From assembly GCA_039679675.1 (NCBI GenBank), contig JBDKUN010000059.1, positions 51,105 through 115,104 on the forward strand: a stretch of DNA of 64,000 nt. Reading direction: 5' to 3'. Both the position numbers and the translations under genes were made by a program. This DNA is from Armatimonadota bacterium. GTDB taxonomy: Bacteria; Armatimonadota; UBA5829; DTLH01. Below are positions 48,579 through 57,963 of the stretch, in pieces (position 1 is the first letter of the stretch; each line of letters starts with the position of its first letter). The notes under the pieces are model-generated. The model searched no databases. It had not been told where the DNA came from and saw only the letters and a list, made by a program, of their open reading frames with translations.

Positions 48579-50258
48579 TTGACCTATCAGGAACAAAAAT
48601 GCGTTTGCCGCGACTGCGAACAGGAGTTTATCTTCAGCGCAGAGCTTCAGCAACTGTTTGCGGCGAAGCACTACAACCCGCCGACTAGATGCCCGAAGTG
48701 CCACGAAGAGCGAAGCCACCGGCGCAGACACAGCAGGGGCGGCGACAGCAAAATGCACACCGCCAAATGCTCGATTTGCGGCAAGGATGCACAACTGCCT
48801 TTCAAGCCCAACCCAGAAAAGCCCATTTATTGTGAAGAGTGCTTCAAGAGTCAGACGGCTTCAAAGGCTGAGCCTGCAGCGAGGCAGTTCACTCTTCGGA
48901 AGCAGGAGAAAAACCAGCAGCATGTTGACGAATCTGCCAATGAGATAACATTCGCCAAGTTTAAGCTGGATCAGAGGCTTCATCGTGCAATCGAGGAGGC
49001 TGGATATGAGACTCCCACCCCCGTTCAGGCTGCTGCAATTCCATTAGCACTCAAGGGACGCGACCTTATCGGCACAGCCCAGACCGGAACCGGCAAAACC
49101 GCTGCGTTTGTGCTGCCGATACTCCAGTATCTGCTTGCCAACCCAACTAAAAAGCGCTGCACCAGAGCGATTGTGCTCACACCGACCATGGAGCTTGCAG
49201 AGCAGATCAATAATGCGTTCAAACAGCTGGGCAAGTTCACCAAGATCAAATCCGCGACCGTTTACGGTGGTGTTGGAATGAAACCTCAGGAGCAGGCGCT
49301 CCGAGGTGGAGTTGATGTGATTGTTGCCTGCCCCGGCAGGCTGCTCGACCACATGGACCGAGGCAACACAGACTTCTCTCATGTAGCTAAGCTTGTTCTG
49401 GATGAGGCTGACCGGATGCTGGACATGGGATTCCTGCCTCCGATCAAACGCATACTCGCCAAGTTGCCGGGCGAACGCCACAGCATGCTCTTTTCAGCCA
49501 CATTTGCTCAGGAACTGACAGAACTTGCAATGAGCACACTGAAGAACCCTCAGCGTATCGATGTAGGTATGTGCTTGCCGCCAAAGACCATCGCGCATTC
49601 CCTATATCCATGCCCTTCACACCTGAAAACATCGCTGCTGTTAAAGTTGCTCGAACAAACAGATACAAACTCTGTTCTGATCTTCACCCGCACAAAGCGC
49701 CGAGCGAATAGCCTGGTCCAGAAGATCAAAGAGGCAGGATATGGGACCGCTGTACTACATTCCAATAAGTCGCAGAACCAGAGACAGCTTGCGCTTGAAG
49801 ATTTCCGGTTGGGCCGATGCCAGGTATTAGTTGCCACCGATATCGCAGCCCGCGGGCTGGATGTCGCGACCATATCGCATGTCATGAACTACGACATCCC
49901 CGACACAGCCGACACTTACACCCACCGGATCGGTCGCACGGGTAGGATGGAGCGTGAGGGCGATGCGATTACTTTTGTGACCCCGCTCGACGCTGCCATT
50001 GTCTTCAGCATTGAAAAAGCCCTGGGTGCTCCTATCGAACGGCGCAGGCTGGATGATTTCGACTATAAGGCCCCAGCGCCGCCCAAAGAGCGTGATACGA
50101 AGCCGCAGCGCAGGCCGCAAACAGGATTGTCCCAGGCGAGACTACCTTACAAAGCTCGTCCACAAGCTGCTGCAAAGAAGAAAATAGTAAATGCCTTTAA
50201 AGAGCATCGCAATGCCGGCACAAAGCTATCCGAAGGAAAGACTCAGGCAGGCTCCTAG
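48579..50258 (+). CDS. DEAD-box RNA helicase with N-terminal double zinc-ribbon extension
   Basis: TTG start 7 nt after AGGAGA. Two CxxC...CxxC ribbons lie in the first 90 aa or so. Then Q motif (FAKF..L..RAIEEAGYETPTPVQ), AQTGTGKT, DEAD, SAT, HRIGRTGR, and a basic C-terminal tail. Confidence 0.88.
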   Translation: MTYQEQKCVCRDCEQEFIFSAELQQLFAAKHYNPPTRCPKCHEERSHRRRHSRGGDSKMHTAKCSICGKDAQLPFKPNPEKPIYCEECFKSQTASKAEPAARQFTLRKQEKNQQHVDESANEITFAKFKLDQRLHRAIEEAGYETPTPVQAAAIPLALKGRDLIGTAQTGTGKTAAFVLPILQYLLANPTKKRCTRAIVLTPTMELAEQINNAFKQLGKFTKIKSATVYGGVGMKPQEQALRGGVDVIVACPGRLLDHMDRGNTDFSHVAKLVLDEADRMLDMGFLPPIKRILAKLPGERHSMLFSATFAQELTELAMSTLKNPQRIDVGMCLPPKTIAHSLYPCPSHLKTSLLLKLLEQTDTNSVLIFTRTKRRANSLVQKIKEAGYGTAVLHSNKSQNQRQLALEDFRLGRCQVLVATDIAARGLDVATISHVMNYDIPDTADTYTHRIGRTGRMEREGDAITFVTPLDAAIVFSIEKALGAPIERRRLDDFDYKAPAPPKERDTKPQRRPQTGLSQARLPYKARPQAAAKKKIVNAFKEHRNAGTKLSEGKTQAGS

Positions 50259-50292
50259 CGCGTCTTTATGCTAAAGTCTGCCGCCGCTCGGT

Positions 50293-50955
50293 CTACCGCG
50301 CAGCGAAGCACATGTCGTTGACCGTTTCGACTACCGTCCTGTTTTTCGACAGCATCACAGCGTTGATTGCGCAGTTCTTCTGCTCTATCTGTTTGTATCT
50401 GCCGACCGCTATTCCCATCCAGTGGCAGATCAGCACTCGGTTTACGCTCTTGTGGGCTACAACCGCAATCGTCTGCCCCGGATGCAGCGCGGCAATTCTG
50501 GCCATTGCAGCCGATGCGCGGTCTCTTAACTCACCAAAGGTCTCTCCGCCCGGTATTCTGATATTTTCCGGGTCAGCAACCCAAGCTCGGAAGAAATCCT
50601 CGCCGTAAGCCTTCTTTACTTCGTCAATGCCTAGACCTTCCCACTCCCCATAGTTGATTTCCCTGATCCCCGGCTCGATATTTACGCTTAATCCGTGTGG
50701 TTCGGCTATGATCTCTGCGGTACGCCTTGCACGAACGAGGTCGCTCGAATATACGGCGCTTATGGCGGCATTTCCCAGCCGTTTTGCCGCCATTTTTGCT
50801 TCTTTTACACCATGTTCATCTAGAGGCAGGTCAGTCCATCCGGCGTATGCAGATTTTGCGTTCCACTCGACTCTGCCGTGCCTCACGAGAAGAATGCGGG
50901 CAGCTTCACCACTTGCGGGAGCGCTCCAAAACATGGCTGTACTGCTACTCTTCAA
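50293..50955 (-). CDS. histidine phosphatase family protein (phosphoglycerate mutase / CobC-like)
   Basis: LVRHGRVEWN (RHG motif), a downstream SDL.RA.RTAE, and VVAHKSV. The TTG at 50955 has GGAG upstream. The ATG at 50934 is the alternative start. Confidence 0.75.
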   Translation of the reverse strand: MKSSSTAMFWSAPASGEAARILLVRHGRVEWNAKSAYAGWTDLPLDEHGVKEAKMAAKRLGNAAISAVYSSDLVRARRTAEIIAEPHGLSVNIEPGIREINYGEWEGLGIDEVKKAYGEDFFRAWVADPENIRIPGGETFGELRDRASAAMARIAALHPGQTIAVVAHKSVNRVLICHWMGIAVGRYKQIEQKNCAINAVMLSKNRTVVETVNDMCFAAR

Positions 50956-51853
50956 TATCTTCTCCGTCCTCCGGTTTCTGTGGTTCCTCGTTCTTTGCTT
51001 CAGAAGGTTTGATGCTTCCTGCTATCTGTATAACGAGCGCCTTGCTCTCATCAATCGCCTTACCAGATGTATCGATGCAGTTTATCATCCAAAGATGCCG
51101 CCCCTCTATCATCTGAATGCGGTGAACAACCCTGTTTGCAGAAGGCAGCCCGGCCGTAGTCATAAACGCAGTTCGTCCGCTGATGTTTGTCTGCTGCCAA
51201 TCCGCCAGGTAAGGAGTGCTTTTGAGATAACTTTCCGGTGTATGCTCCATTTTGAGCATTCTGTGCCTGATATTGACGACGTATACTGCCTGCGCTACCG
51301 GGTCCGTCGAGAGGACAAGCCAGTAACCTTCGTCCCAGTCTTTTGAAACACTGATAGACTGGTCTTTTACGGTCCATCCAGCTGGATATACCAGGCTGAC
51401 CTTGTGCTCCTTGCTCGAATACTGCGCCATCTGAGGTTTGGCGGCAGCAGCCGGTTCGGCTGAGGGTGTTTTCAATCCGTTGTTTGTGACGACTAGAGTT
51501 ACTTTTCCTGTCTCAATTTCCCGGTTATCGGGTCCGAAGGCCTTCCATACCGCACAGTGCTCGCCGTCGGAAGCTCCGATGCTGTCCCATTCGACACCGT
51601 ACGGCCGGTGCTCGCACTTGCCGATCTCTTTATCATCCACATAGAAAATAACCGACGATGGCTGAATTCCTGAAGGAGGAAGTGCGATAAGAGTCAGTTT
51701 ACCTGTTACCGGACGTTTCGATGGTTGTGTCCCTCGCGAAATGGTGATTACTCGCTTAGAAGTCCTTTGAGGTGGTGCTGGATTGGATGGCTCCGCAAAA
51801 ACAGCCGGTGCGAATGCAAATAATACCGCGATAATTGCCGCAAATCTATACAT
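50945..51853 (-). CDS. hypothetical secreted protein
   Basis: GGAGGT lies 7 nt before the ATG at 51853. Signal peptide MYRFAAIIAVLFAFAPAVFA. Beta-rich sequence with an acidic C-terminus. Confidence 0.6.
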   Translation of the reverse strand: MYRFAAIIAVLFAFAPAVFAEPSNPAPPQRTSKRVITISRGTQPSKRPVTGKLTLIALPPSGIQPSSVIFYVDDKEIGKCEHRPYGVEWDSIGASDGEHCAVWKAFGPDNREIETGKVTLVVTNNGLKTPSAEPAAAAKPQMAQYSSKEHKVSLVYPAGWTVKDQSISVSKDWDEGYWLVLSTDPVAQAVYVVNIRHRMLKMEHTPESYLKSTPYLADWQQTNISGRTAFMTTAGLPSANRVVHRIQMIEGRHLWMINCIDTSGKAIDESKALVIQIAGSIKPSEAKNEEPQKPEDGEDIEE

Positions 51854-51971
51854 CAGATATACCTCCGAAGCTCGTGTGCAAGCAGTATTATTGAGATTAT
51901 ACCAGATACTAGCCGGATTGACACAAGGAGTTCTAAATGGTACACTATTCAGGCATTCACCCACATAAATT

Positions 51972-52055
51972 GGCCGGGTGGCGGAATGGTAGACGCAGCG
52001 GACTTAAAATCCGCCGAGGCAACTCATGAGGGTTCGAGTCCCTCCCCGGCCACCA
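51972..52055 (+). tRNA. tRNA-Leu (anticodon TAA), long variable arm, CCA encoded
   Basis: Acceptor GGCCGGG/CCCGGCC. Anticodon stem GCGGA/TCCGC with loop CTTAAAA. T arm GAGGG-TTCGAGT-CCCTC. Confidence 0.88.
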
Positions 52056-52125
52056 TCGTTTTTAAGCTCAAAGGTTATGCGCTTTTTACTAGGTTGGCAA
52101 AACAATCAATCTTACTTTTCAAAAG

Positions 52126-53379
52126 TCAAATATCCATTTGCTGTTGTATTTTAACTAATATCTTTCCAGAAACTGGCTCCAACACATCTCTAGAGAATAT
52201 TGTATATTCCACCTCGAATGAAGATGTCTTTAAATTGTTATCAAATACAATGTATATTGACGGCAGACGAGTTGGTATTCCATGCATTGCTGTGCCTACA
52301 CAATAAGAAAAACTCTGTAAGTCATGCTGTTTTGTCTCAGTGTGCCAAACAAAGTTGATATTATTCATCTTAGGAAGCGATCCCTTCAAATGATTAGGAC
52401 CCAAGGAAATACCCGGCACAAACACTTCGTTAGGTCTTGGCATTTTGGGAGGTTCGGGTTTTCTAGGTAGATCATAATATAACTTAATGTCTAGTTCATT
52501 TGGGAGGGTTAACTCTATTCGCACATCATCAGCGGTTGCACTACCAGTATTTGTTAATAATAAATTAAGCGTCACCACAGAGCTTTCATATTCAGATACT
52601 TCATTTAGATATTTCTCGTATGAAGCATAATATTTGCGTACATTCAATTCGTACTGATCATCGGTCATAATTGCTGCTAAACCAGCAGGCATCACTCCAC
52701 GCCCAAGTTTGTAGGTGTTCCACTCCCGGTCCAATTCTGTTTCTTTTTCTTGTTTCGAACGGGGTTTGAGGACAAACTCCTTACACTTCTCATCGTTTTC
52801 AAACTTAACTTCGAGCTTGGGCATCCGGTTCTTTAGGAGTGTAATCTCACGCACCAACTCCTCGTTGCGTTTTTCAAGCGGATCTGGATCAGAAGGTAGT
52901 TTATATTTATTATCACCCCATAGTATTAACGGCAATTTTCGCCCCATAGCCTTCACTCGTATTCCGGGATCGGTAGTAAGAATGATAGCTGGACCATCGG
53001 GATGATTTTCATTCCATTCTATCGCGTGTGCTATTATTCGATCATCTTTTATATCTTTGTCTAATCTATTCAAGTGAAAATCTATTGATGGTTCTGCATC
53101 GAGTATGCAAAGGCTGATGCCTTTTCGAATCACTGTTTTAAGGCTGTCATTAGTAATCTGAGAACTGATCCATTTTATGCAATGATTAGCACGGCTTCGT
53201 AGCTTCCTACTTTGATTTTGAGCATTATGCTTCTCTATCTCCTCGATTACTACTGGAGTTATGAGCAGTTCAACTTTATCTGCTTCCAATTCCTTACACC
53301 AGTCTATCTCATCTGCTTGCCTGTAATGCATGAGAATATTCGTGTCGAGTATGATTGTTTTTTCTGTTCTATTTCCCAT
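52126..53379 (-). CDS. PIN-domain (PhoH2/YlaK-type) nuclease fused to an uncharacterised C-terminal region of about 250 aa
   Basis: AAGGA RBS. Acidic PIN tetrad candidates: IILDTNILM, PVVIEEIE, DDRIIAHA, ILTTDPGIRVKA. After residue 165 or so come a coiled-coil-like K/E-rich stretch and a beta-rich domain. AT-rich. Confidence 0.7.
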   Translation of the reverse strand: MGNRTEKTIILDTNILMHYRQADEIDWCKELEADKVELLITPVVIEEIEKHNAQNQSRKLRSRANHCIKWISSQITNDSLKTVIRKGISLCILDAEPSIDFHLNRLDKDIKDDRIIAHAIEWNENHPDGPAIILTTDPGIRVKAMGRKLPLILWGDNKYKLPSDPDPLEKRNEELVREITLLKNRMPKLEVKFENDEKCKEFVLKPRSKQEKETELDREWNTYKLGRGVMPAGLAAIMTDDQYELNVRKYYASYEKYLNEVSEYESSVVTLNLLLTNTGSATADDVRIELTLPNELDIKLYYDLPRKPEPPKMPRPNEVFVPGISLGPNHLKGSLPKMNNINFVWHTETKQHDLQSFSYCVGTAMHGIPTRLPSIYIVFDNNLKTSSFEVEYTIFSRDVLEPVSGKILVKIQQQMDI

Positions 53380-53501
53380 TTCAGAACATCCTTATCTGTT
53401 TCAAGCCGTTAGCGTAAAGTAAGATTTCTTTATTTCACAAGCACAACAAAAAGAGATATTCGGTCATAAAGACCTCTCAAAATGCTTTCACTGATACACC
53501 T

Positions 53502-53541
53502 CAAAAACAAGCCCGTCCGAGTATCTCCCGGACGGGCTTGT
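53502..53541 (-). terminator. intrinsic terminator of the 53549 gene
   Basis: On the minus strand, ACAAGCCCGTCCG-9 nt-CGGACGGGCTTGT followed by TTTTT. Confidence 0.75.
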
Positions 53542-53548
53542 TGATTAT

Positions 53549-54736
53549 TTATCCACGCCAGAGCGATAGATATACTGTCTCGTTATCTTTATTGGGCACG
53601 GTGACTTTCTTTGTCACGGTCTCGGATGTCTTGGGGTCCGTTATTTCTGCATCATAGGTCTGCCCGCCTGCAATTATGAAGTCGCGGGAGCCATCAACTG
53701 TGTCCTGTGCGACTGTTTTACCGCCGAGCTTCAAAGCCACTTTTGCTTTGAACGATTTGCCATCCCCATTTACCAGGTCGAATTTAACGCTTCGCCTGTG
53801 GATATAGAAATCGGTCACGTTTTCAGCATATACATCGCGGACGCTGTATCTCCATGCCGGAGGGAAGCACGTATCCGTCCTTTTAAACGATATGGCAAAA
53901 ACCGCGTATTCCGGTTTGGTTGGGTCGATTTTGGACACCCTATCGGTAAACCATGCCGTATCAAGATTGTTCGGCTCTCCGGCGCCGATGTATCTCCACT
54001 CATGAGTCCAGACTTCAGACCAGCAGTGGTTTTCAGGCTTGCCATCCCAGCAAAGTACGCCAACGACCCTCGATGGAATACCTACAGCACGGCAGGCATC
54101 GGTAATCAGGATCGAAAGGCTGGAGCATGACGCATAACCTATCTCGATGGACTCGTAAGGGCTCTGATTAGGCTTGCGGCACTTGGTAGCATGGTATTGT
54201 ACGTTAAAGGTCTTGAATACCTCTACGTTGAGCTTCTGCACGGCATCTTCCATCGTCTTGCAGTCTTTGACCATTACGCTGAACCGGTCGTAAAAGTCTT
54301 TCCGCCAATTGTCCCGCCTCTCGGTGAGGTTTGAATAGGGCAAAACATCGTTCAGGAAGAGGTCTTCGGGAACATCCTTGCCCCAAGGCATCGTTTTGCG
54401 GGCTTTGTAGGCGTACTCTACATCATCTACAAGGTAGTCCTTCTTCAGAGATACAAGATCGTCTTTCGCCATGTTGACGATGAGGAACTCCATAGCTTTC
54501 CGGTGTTTCGGATTCACAGCCTTAAGCGCTGCTTCGAGCTGGCAGCGATTGTTTCCTGCTTCTTCAAGAGCCTTTTCGAGATTTCTTGTACCTTTACTGG
54601 CAGCCACAGCCGCCGACGATTCTTTCTGGTCTATATTCATATTTACTGCTTTTTTCGATGCTGCGGATACAACGCCAGTGATAACAACGCTGAGCACTGT
54701 CACGACAACCACAGCGAGAGTAGTGATACGACGCAC
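53549..54736 (-). CDS. secreted transglutaminase-like cysteine protease-fold protein
   Basis: Signal peptide present. The core is GYASCSSLSILITDACRAVGIPSRVVG...NHCWSEVW (Cys and His of the transglutaminase triad). Confidence 0.75.
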   Translation of the reverse strand: MRRITTLAVVVVTVLSVVITGVVSAASKKAVNMNIDQKESSAAVAASKGTRNLEKALEEAGNNRCQLEAALKAVNPKHRKAMEFLIVNMAKDDLVSLKKDYLVDDVEYAYKARKTMPWGKDVPEDLFLNDVLPYSNLTERRDNWRKDFYDRFSVMVKDCKTMEDAVQKLNVEVFKTFNVQYHATKCRKPNQSPYESIEIGYASCSSLSILITDACRAVGIPSRVVGVLCWDGKPENHCWSEVWTHEWRYIGAGEPNNLDTAWFTDRVSKIDPTKPEYAVFAISFKRTDTCFPPAWRYSVRDVYAENVTDFYIHRRSVKFDLVNGDGKSFKAKVALKLGGKTVAQDTVDGSRDFIIAGGQTYDAEITDPKTSETVTKKVTVPNKDNETVYLSLWRG

Positions 54737-54771
54737 TCTATTGCCTCCTATTATAATATTTCCGGTCGTAT

Positions 54772-55950
54772 TTATACTTTCTCATTCATTTCTTTAAAAA
54801 GACGGCTTCCGATCATAAGGGCTCTCGGCAGGTGGAAACATCCTTTCCACTTTCCGCCCTTCAGGCTCAAATGAGGTTCGCCCTGGCGGTTCAGATAACC
54901 GAACCACTCGCCGTACTCTGCGTCCGGGAACCTCTGCCATGCGTAGTCATGGACCTTCTTATACCAGTCCCAGCACTCTTTTCTGCCGGTCAGGTGATAG
55001 CCCATCGCCATAGCGATTAGCGTTTCAAGGTGTACCCACCACAGTTTCTGGTCCCATTCCAGCTGCTGGGTCGGCCTGCCCTTCGTGTCCATGAAGTAGA
55101 AAATGCCGCCGTATTTCTCATCCCATGCATAGTTCAGGATACTGAGCGCAACATCCGTGCACCTGTTGACGAGAGCAGTGTCATTTCTCTTATGGGCTAT
55201 GTCCATGATGAACCACATGCCCTCGATGCCATGTCCCGGATTGATGAGCCTGCCATCGAAGCAGTCGATATGCTTTGCATCAGGGGTTACATACTCGAAA
55301 ATGAGCCCCATGTCCCTATCTACAAAGTCATTCATGACCTCTTCTATTATACCAGTGAGCGTGCTTTTAGTATAATCGGCTGGAAGCATCCATTCCATCT
55401 CCGAGAACAAGCTAGAGATCATCATAGGGAGCGCGAATGCCTTCATGGGCCGTGTGCCGGGGTATGCTTTTGTGTATTTGCCTTTAGGATTGTCTTTGCG
55501 TCTCAGAACATTATCGAATGCCTGCTTTGCTATTGTTTTTGCTTCCTCATTGCCGCTTGCGAGAGCATACTGGCTGAATGCCATTGCTGCAAAACAGTCG
55601 GAAAGCACGTTATACGGCTGTACCAGCGGGTCCCCCGCCCTATCAAGCGCAAAATACCAGTCGCCGTTCTCATCCTTTCCGTGCTTTCTGAGGAAATCCG
55701 CGCCATGTCTGGCTGTTTCCAGCCATTCGGACCGTTTTTCGAACCTGTTGTAGAGCACAGAGAACATCCATGTCTCCCGGCACTGAAGCCAGATAAACTT
55801 ATCCGTATCATACACGCTGCCGTCGCGGTCAAGGCAGGTAAAATAACCTCCGCACTCTTTATCTATAGAGTGGTTCATCCAGAATGGCAGAACATCGTCC
55901 AGAAGCGTATCAGTATAGAGCTTCTGCAGCTTTGCAAGCTCGTCTTTCAT
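54772..55950 (-). CDS. AGE-family (N-acylglucosamine 2-epimerase-like) epimerase/isomerase
   Basis: AGGAGA lies 5 nt before the ATG at 55950. (alpha/alpha)6-barrel repeats with the W/F/H-rich motifs of the AGE family ([41 protein letters not shown]). Confidence 0.75.
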   Translation of the reverse strand: MKDELAKLQKLYTDTLLDDVLPFWMNHSIDKECGGYFTCLDRDGSVYDTDKFIWLQCRETWMFSVLYNRFEKRSEWLETARHGADFLRKHGKDENGDWYFALDRAGDPLVQPYNVLSDCFAAMAFSQYALASGNEEAKTIAKQAFDNVLRRKDNPKGKYTKAYPGTRPMKAFALPMMISSLFSEMEWMLPADYTKSTLTGIIEEVMNDFVDRDMGLIFEYVTPDAKHIDCFDGRLINPGHGIEGMWFIMDIAHKRNDTALVNRCTDVALSILNYAWDEKYGGIFYFMDTKGRPTQQLEWDQKLWWVHLETLIAMAMGYHLTGRKECWDWYKKVHDYAWQRFPDAEYGEWFGYLNRQGEPHLSLKGGKWKGCFHLPRALMIGSRLFKEMNEKV

Positions 55951-56144
55951 CCAAATCTCCTGTCGTTTTAACAAAAACTGCTGTATGGTCCCTCGATTAC
56001 ATCAATATGTATAGCACATTCCGGTGGAAAGGTCTATCTGCATGTTCAAGCAAAGCGGCAGGTGGGTAAGAAGCAATCGTACTTACGGCGTTGCAGCCAA
56101 CCGGCTATTGGCCGGGTATTTCGACTTGCAAGGAGTGAACGGAT

Positions 56145-56765
56145 ATGCGCGCGCTCGTTATTCTATTGGTCTTCCTAATCCCGGCGATAATAATCGGATG
56201 CGGCAGCAGCGTGGATCAAGATACCGTGGTAAATATAAGAGACAATGCGTTCGATCCAACTACCCTGACTGTCTCTCCCGGCACTACCGTAAGGTTCACC
56301 AATTCCGACAACACCACCCACACAATTGTTAGCGGCAGCCTGACTGCTACGAGCAGCCCGCAAACTATATCTGTCAGCTTGCTAGATACTCAGTTTTCGA
56401 GAAGCACCCTTACGGTACATCTCAACGATACTGTGAGGTTTGTTAATGCGAGCAACAGCAACAGACAGATAGAAGTGAAAGATAATAGCAACCTTGATGT
56501 AGTCTATCTCACGCCTGTGCTGGCGCCGCAGGAATCAAATGACTTTAGAACAACTGCAACCGGAATATTCCAAGTGCGAGACGCTAGTAATGCTGCGGTC
56601 CAGATGACTCTTACGGTAGAAGGAGTGCCTAACCCTGATGGGCGTTTTTCCAGCAGCGTTCTCGCCCCAGGAGAGCACTTCGAGTTCCAGTTCAATACAG
56701 CGGGTGAGTTCCCGTTCTTCTGCGGGCAGCATAACATAGAACAAGGGACGATAGTCGTAGAATAA
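56145..56765 (+). CDS. cupredoxin-like lipoprotein with atypical copper-site loop
   Basis: Lipobox IIGC. N-terminal TVRFTNSDNTTHTIV and C-terminal FPFFCGQHNIEQGTIVVE resemble amicyanin/plastocyanin-type cupredoxins. Confidence 0.6.
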   Translation: MRALVILLVFLIPAIIIGCGSSVDQDTVVNIRDNAFDPTTLTVSPGTTVRFTNSDNTTHTIVSGSLTATSSPQTISVSLLDTQFSRSTLTVHLNDTVRFVNASNSNRQIEVKDNSNLDVVYLTPVLAPQESNDFRTTATGIFQVRDASNAAVQMTLTVEGVPNPDGRFSSSVLAPGEHFEFQFNTAGEFPFFCGQHNIEQGTIVVE

Positions 56766-56963
56766 TGATGTGAAGTTTCGACATTTTGAGATTCTTCACT
56801 TTTACAGAGCAGTAGTGGCTGTGTGCGCTTACCACTTATTTGCTTCCACGCAGATAAACAATCTGCACGGTTAATATGTAAGTCAAATCCCCGTCTTTTA
56901 ACACTATGTCTATACTGCTCCTGGCCAGGCAATTGTTTCTTCAATATTTGAAAGGTCTATAAT

Positions 56964-57956
56964 ATGCTGAAAGGGTTGTATATACTCGATAAGGGCTTTA
57001 TTAATGTTATCTACGGCCCAACCGAGATGGCTGACATCGCCCGGCTGATAAACATCTACATGCCGCCGCTGACTGCACAGGATGTGAAGAATGACCCGTC
57101 CGTACTCAAAGATGCGGATGTAATTATGTCCGGCTGGGGCTGCATTCCCATGACAAAAGACATTCTTGACGCAGCGCCGAACTTGAAAGCCGTGTTTTAC
57201 GGAGCAGGGTCAATAAAAAGTATCACTACTGAAGATTTTTGGGACCGGGGTATTGTGATAACAAGCGGATACGCTGCAAACGGTATCCCAGTAGCCGAGT
57301 ATACTCTCTCCCAGGTCATATTCTGCCTGAAATCCGGCTGGAGGTTCGCTCAATCCATTCGCGAACAGAAAAACAATAAGGCACAATTCCCAATATACGG
57401 CGCATACGGCAGCACTGTGGGGATAATATCGCTCGGAATGGTCGGCAGGAAAGTCTGCGAACTGCTCAAAAATCTCGATGTCAATGTCATCTGCTGCGAC
57501 CCGTTTGCCGATGACAATACAGCAGCCGAACTCGGAGTCACATTATGCACTCTTGAAGAAGTATTCAGCAAGTCACACGTCGTATCGCTCCACACGCCGC
57601 TTCTGGAACAGACCAGAGGGATGATCCGCAGCGAGCATTTCGAAATGATGAAGCCGTATTCAAGTTTCATCAACACTTCGAGAGGCGCAGTCATCCGCGA
57701 AAACGAGATGATCGAAGTCCTGAAGAAAAGGCCGGACATACAGGCGGTGCTGGACGTCACTTCACCTGAGCCGCCAGCCCCTGATTCTCCGCTCTATGAT
57801 CTACCGAATGTGGTTCTAACCCCGCACATCGCCGGATCGAAAGACGATGAATGCAGGCGGATGGGACGTTACATGGTGGAAGAACTGGAACGCTACCTGC
57901 GCGACGAAAAGCTCCTATGGGAAATAACCCGGCAGATGGCCGGCACACTTGCTTGA
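56964..57956 (+). CDS. D-isomer-specific 2-hydroxyacid dehydrogenase family protein
   Basis: NAD-binding motif IISLGMVGRKV, plus SLHTPL, FINTSRG and LDV...EP...P..NV.LTPHIAG. Confidence 0.8.
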   Translation: MLKGLYILDKGFINVIYGPTEMADIARLINIYMPPLTAQDVKNDPSVLKDADVIMSGWGCIPMTKDILDAAPNLKAVFYGAGSIKSITTEDFWDRGIVITSGYAANGIPVAEYTLSQVIFCLKSGWRFAQSIREQKNNKAQFPIYGAYGSTVGIISLGMVGRKVCELLKNLDVNVICCDPFADDNTAAELGVTLCTLEEVFSKSHVVSLHTPLLEQTRGMIRSEHFEMMKPYSSFINTSRGAVIRENEMIEVLKKRPDIQAVLDVTSPEPPAPDSPLYDLPNVVLTPHIAGSKDDECRRMGRYMVEELERYLRDEKLLWEITRQMAGTLA

Positions 57957-57963
57957 AAGGGCT

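Noticed and set aside
55030-55971. 313-aa plus-strand ORF
   Set aside because: Antisense to the AGE-family epimerase gene, which has clear family motifs. This is a shadow frame.
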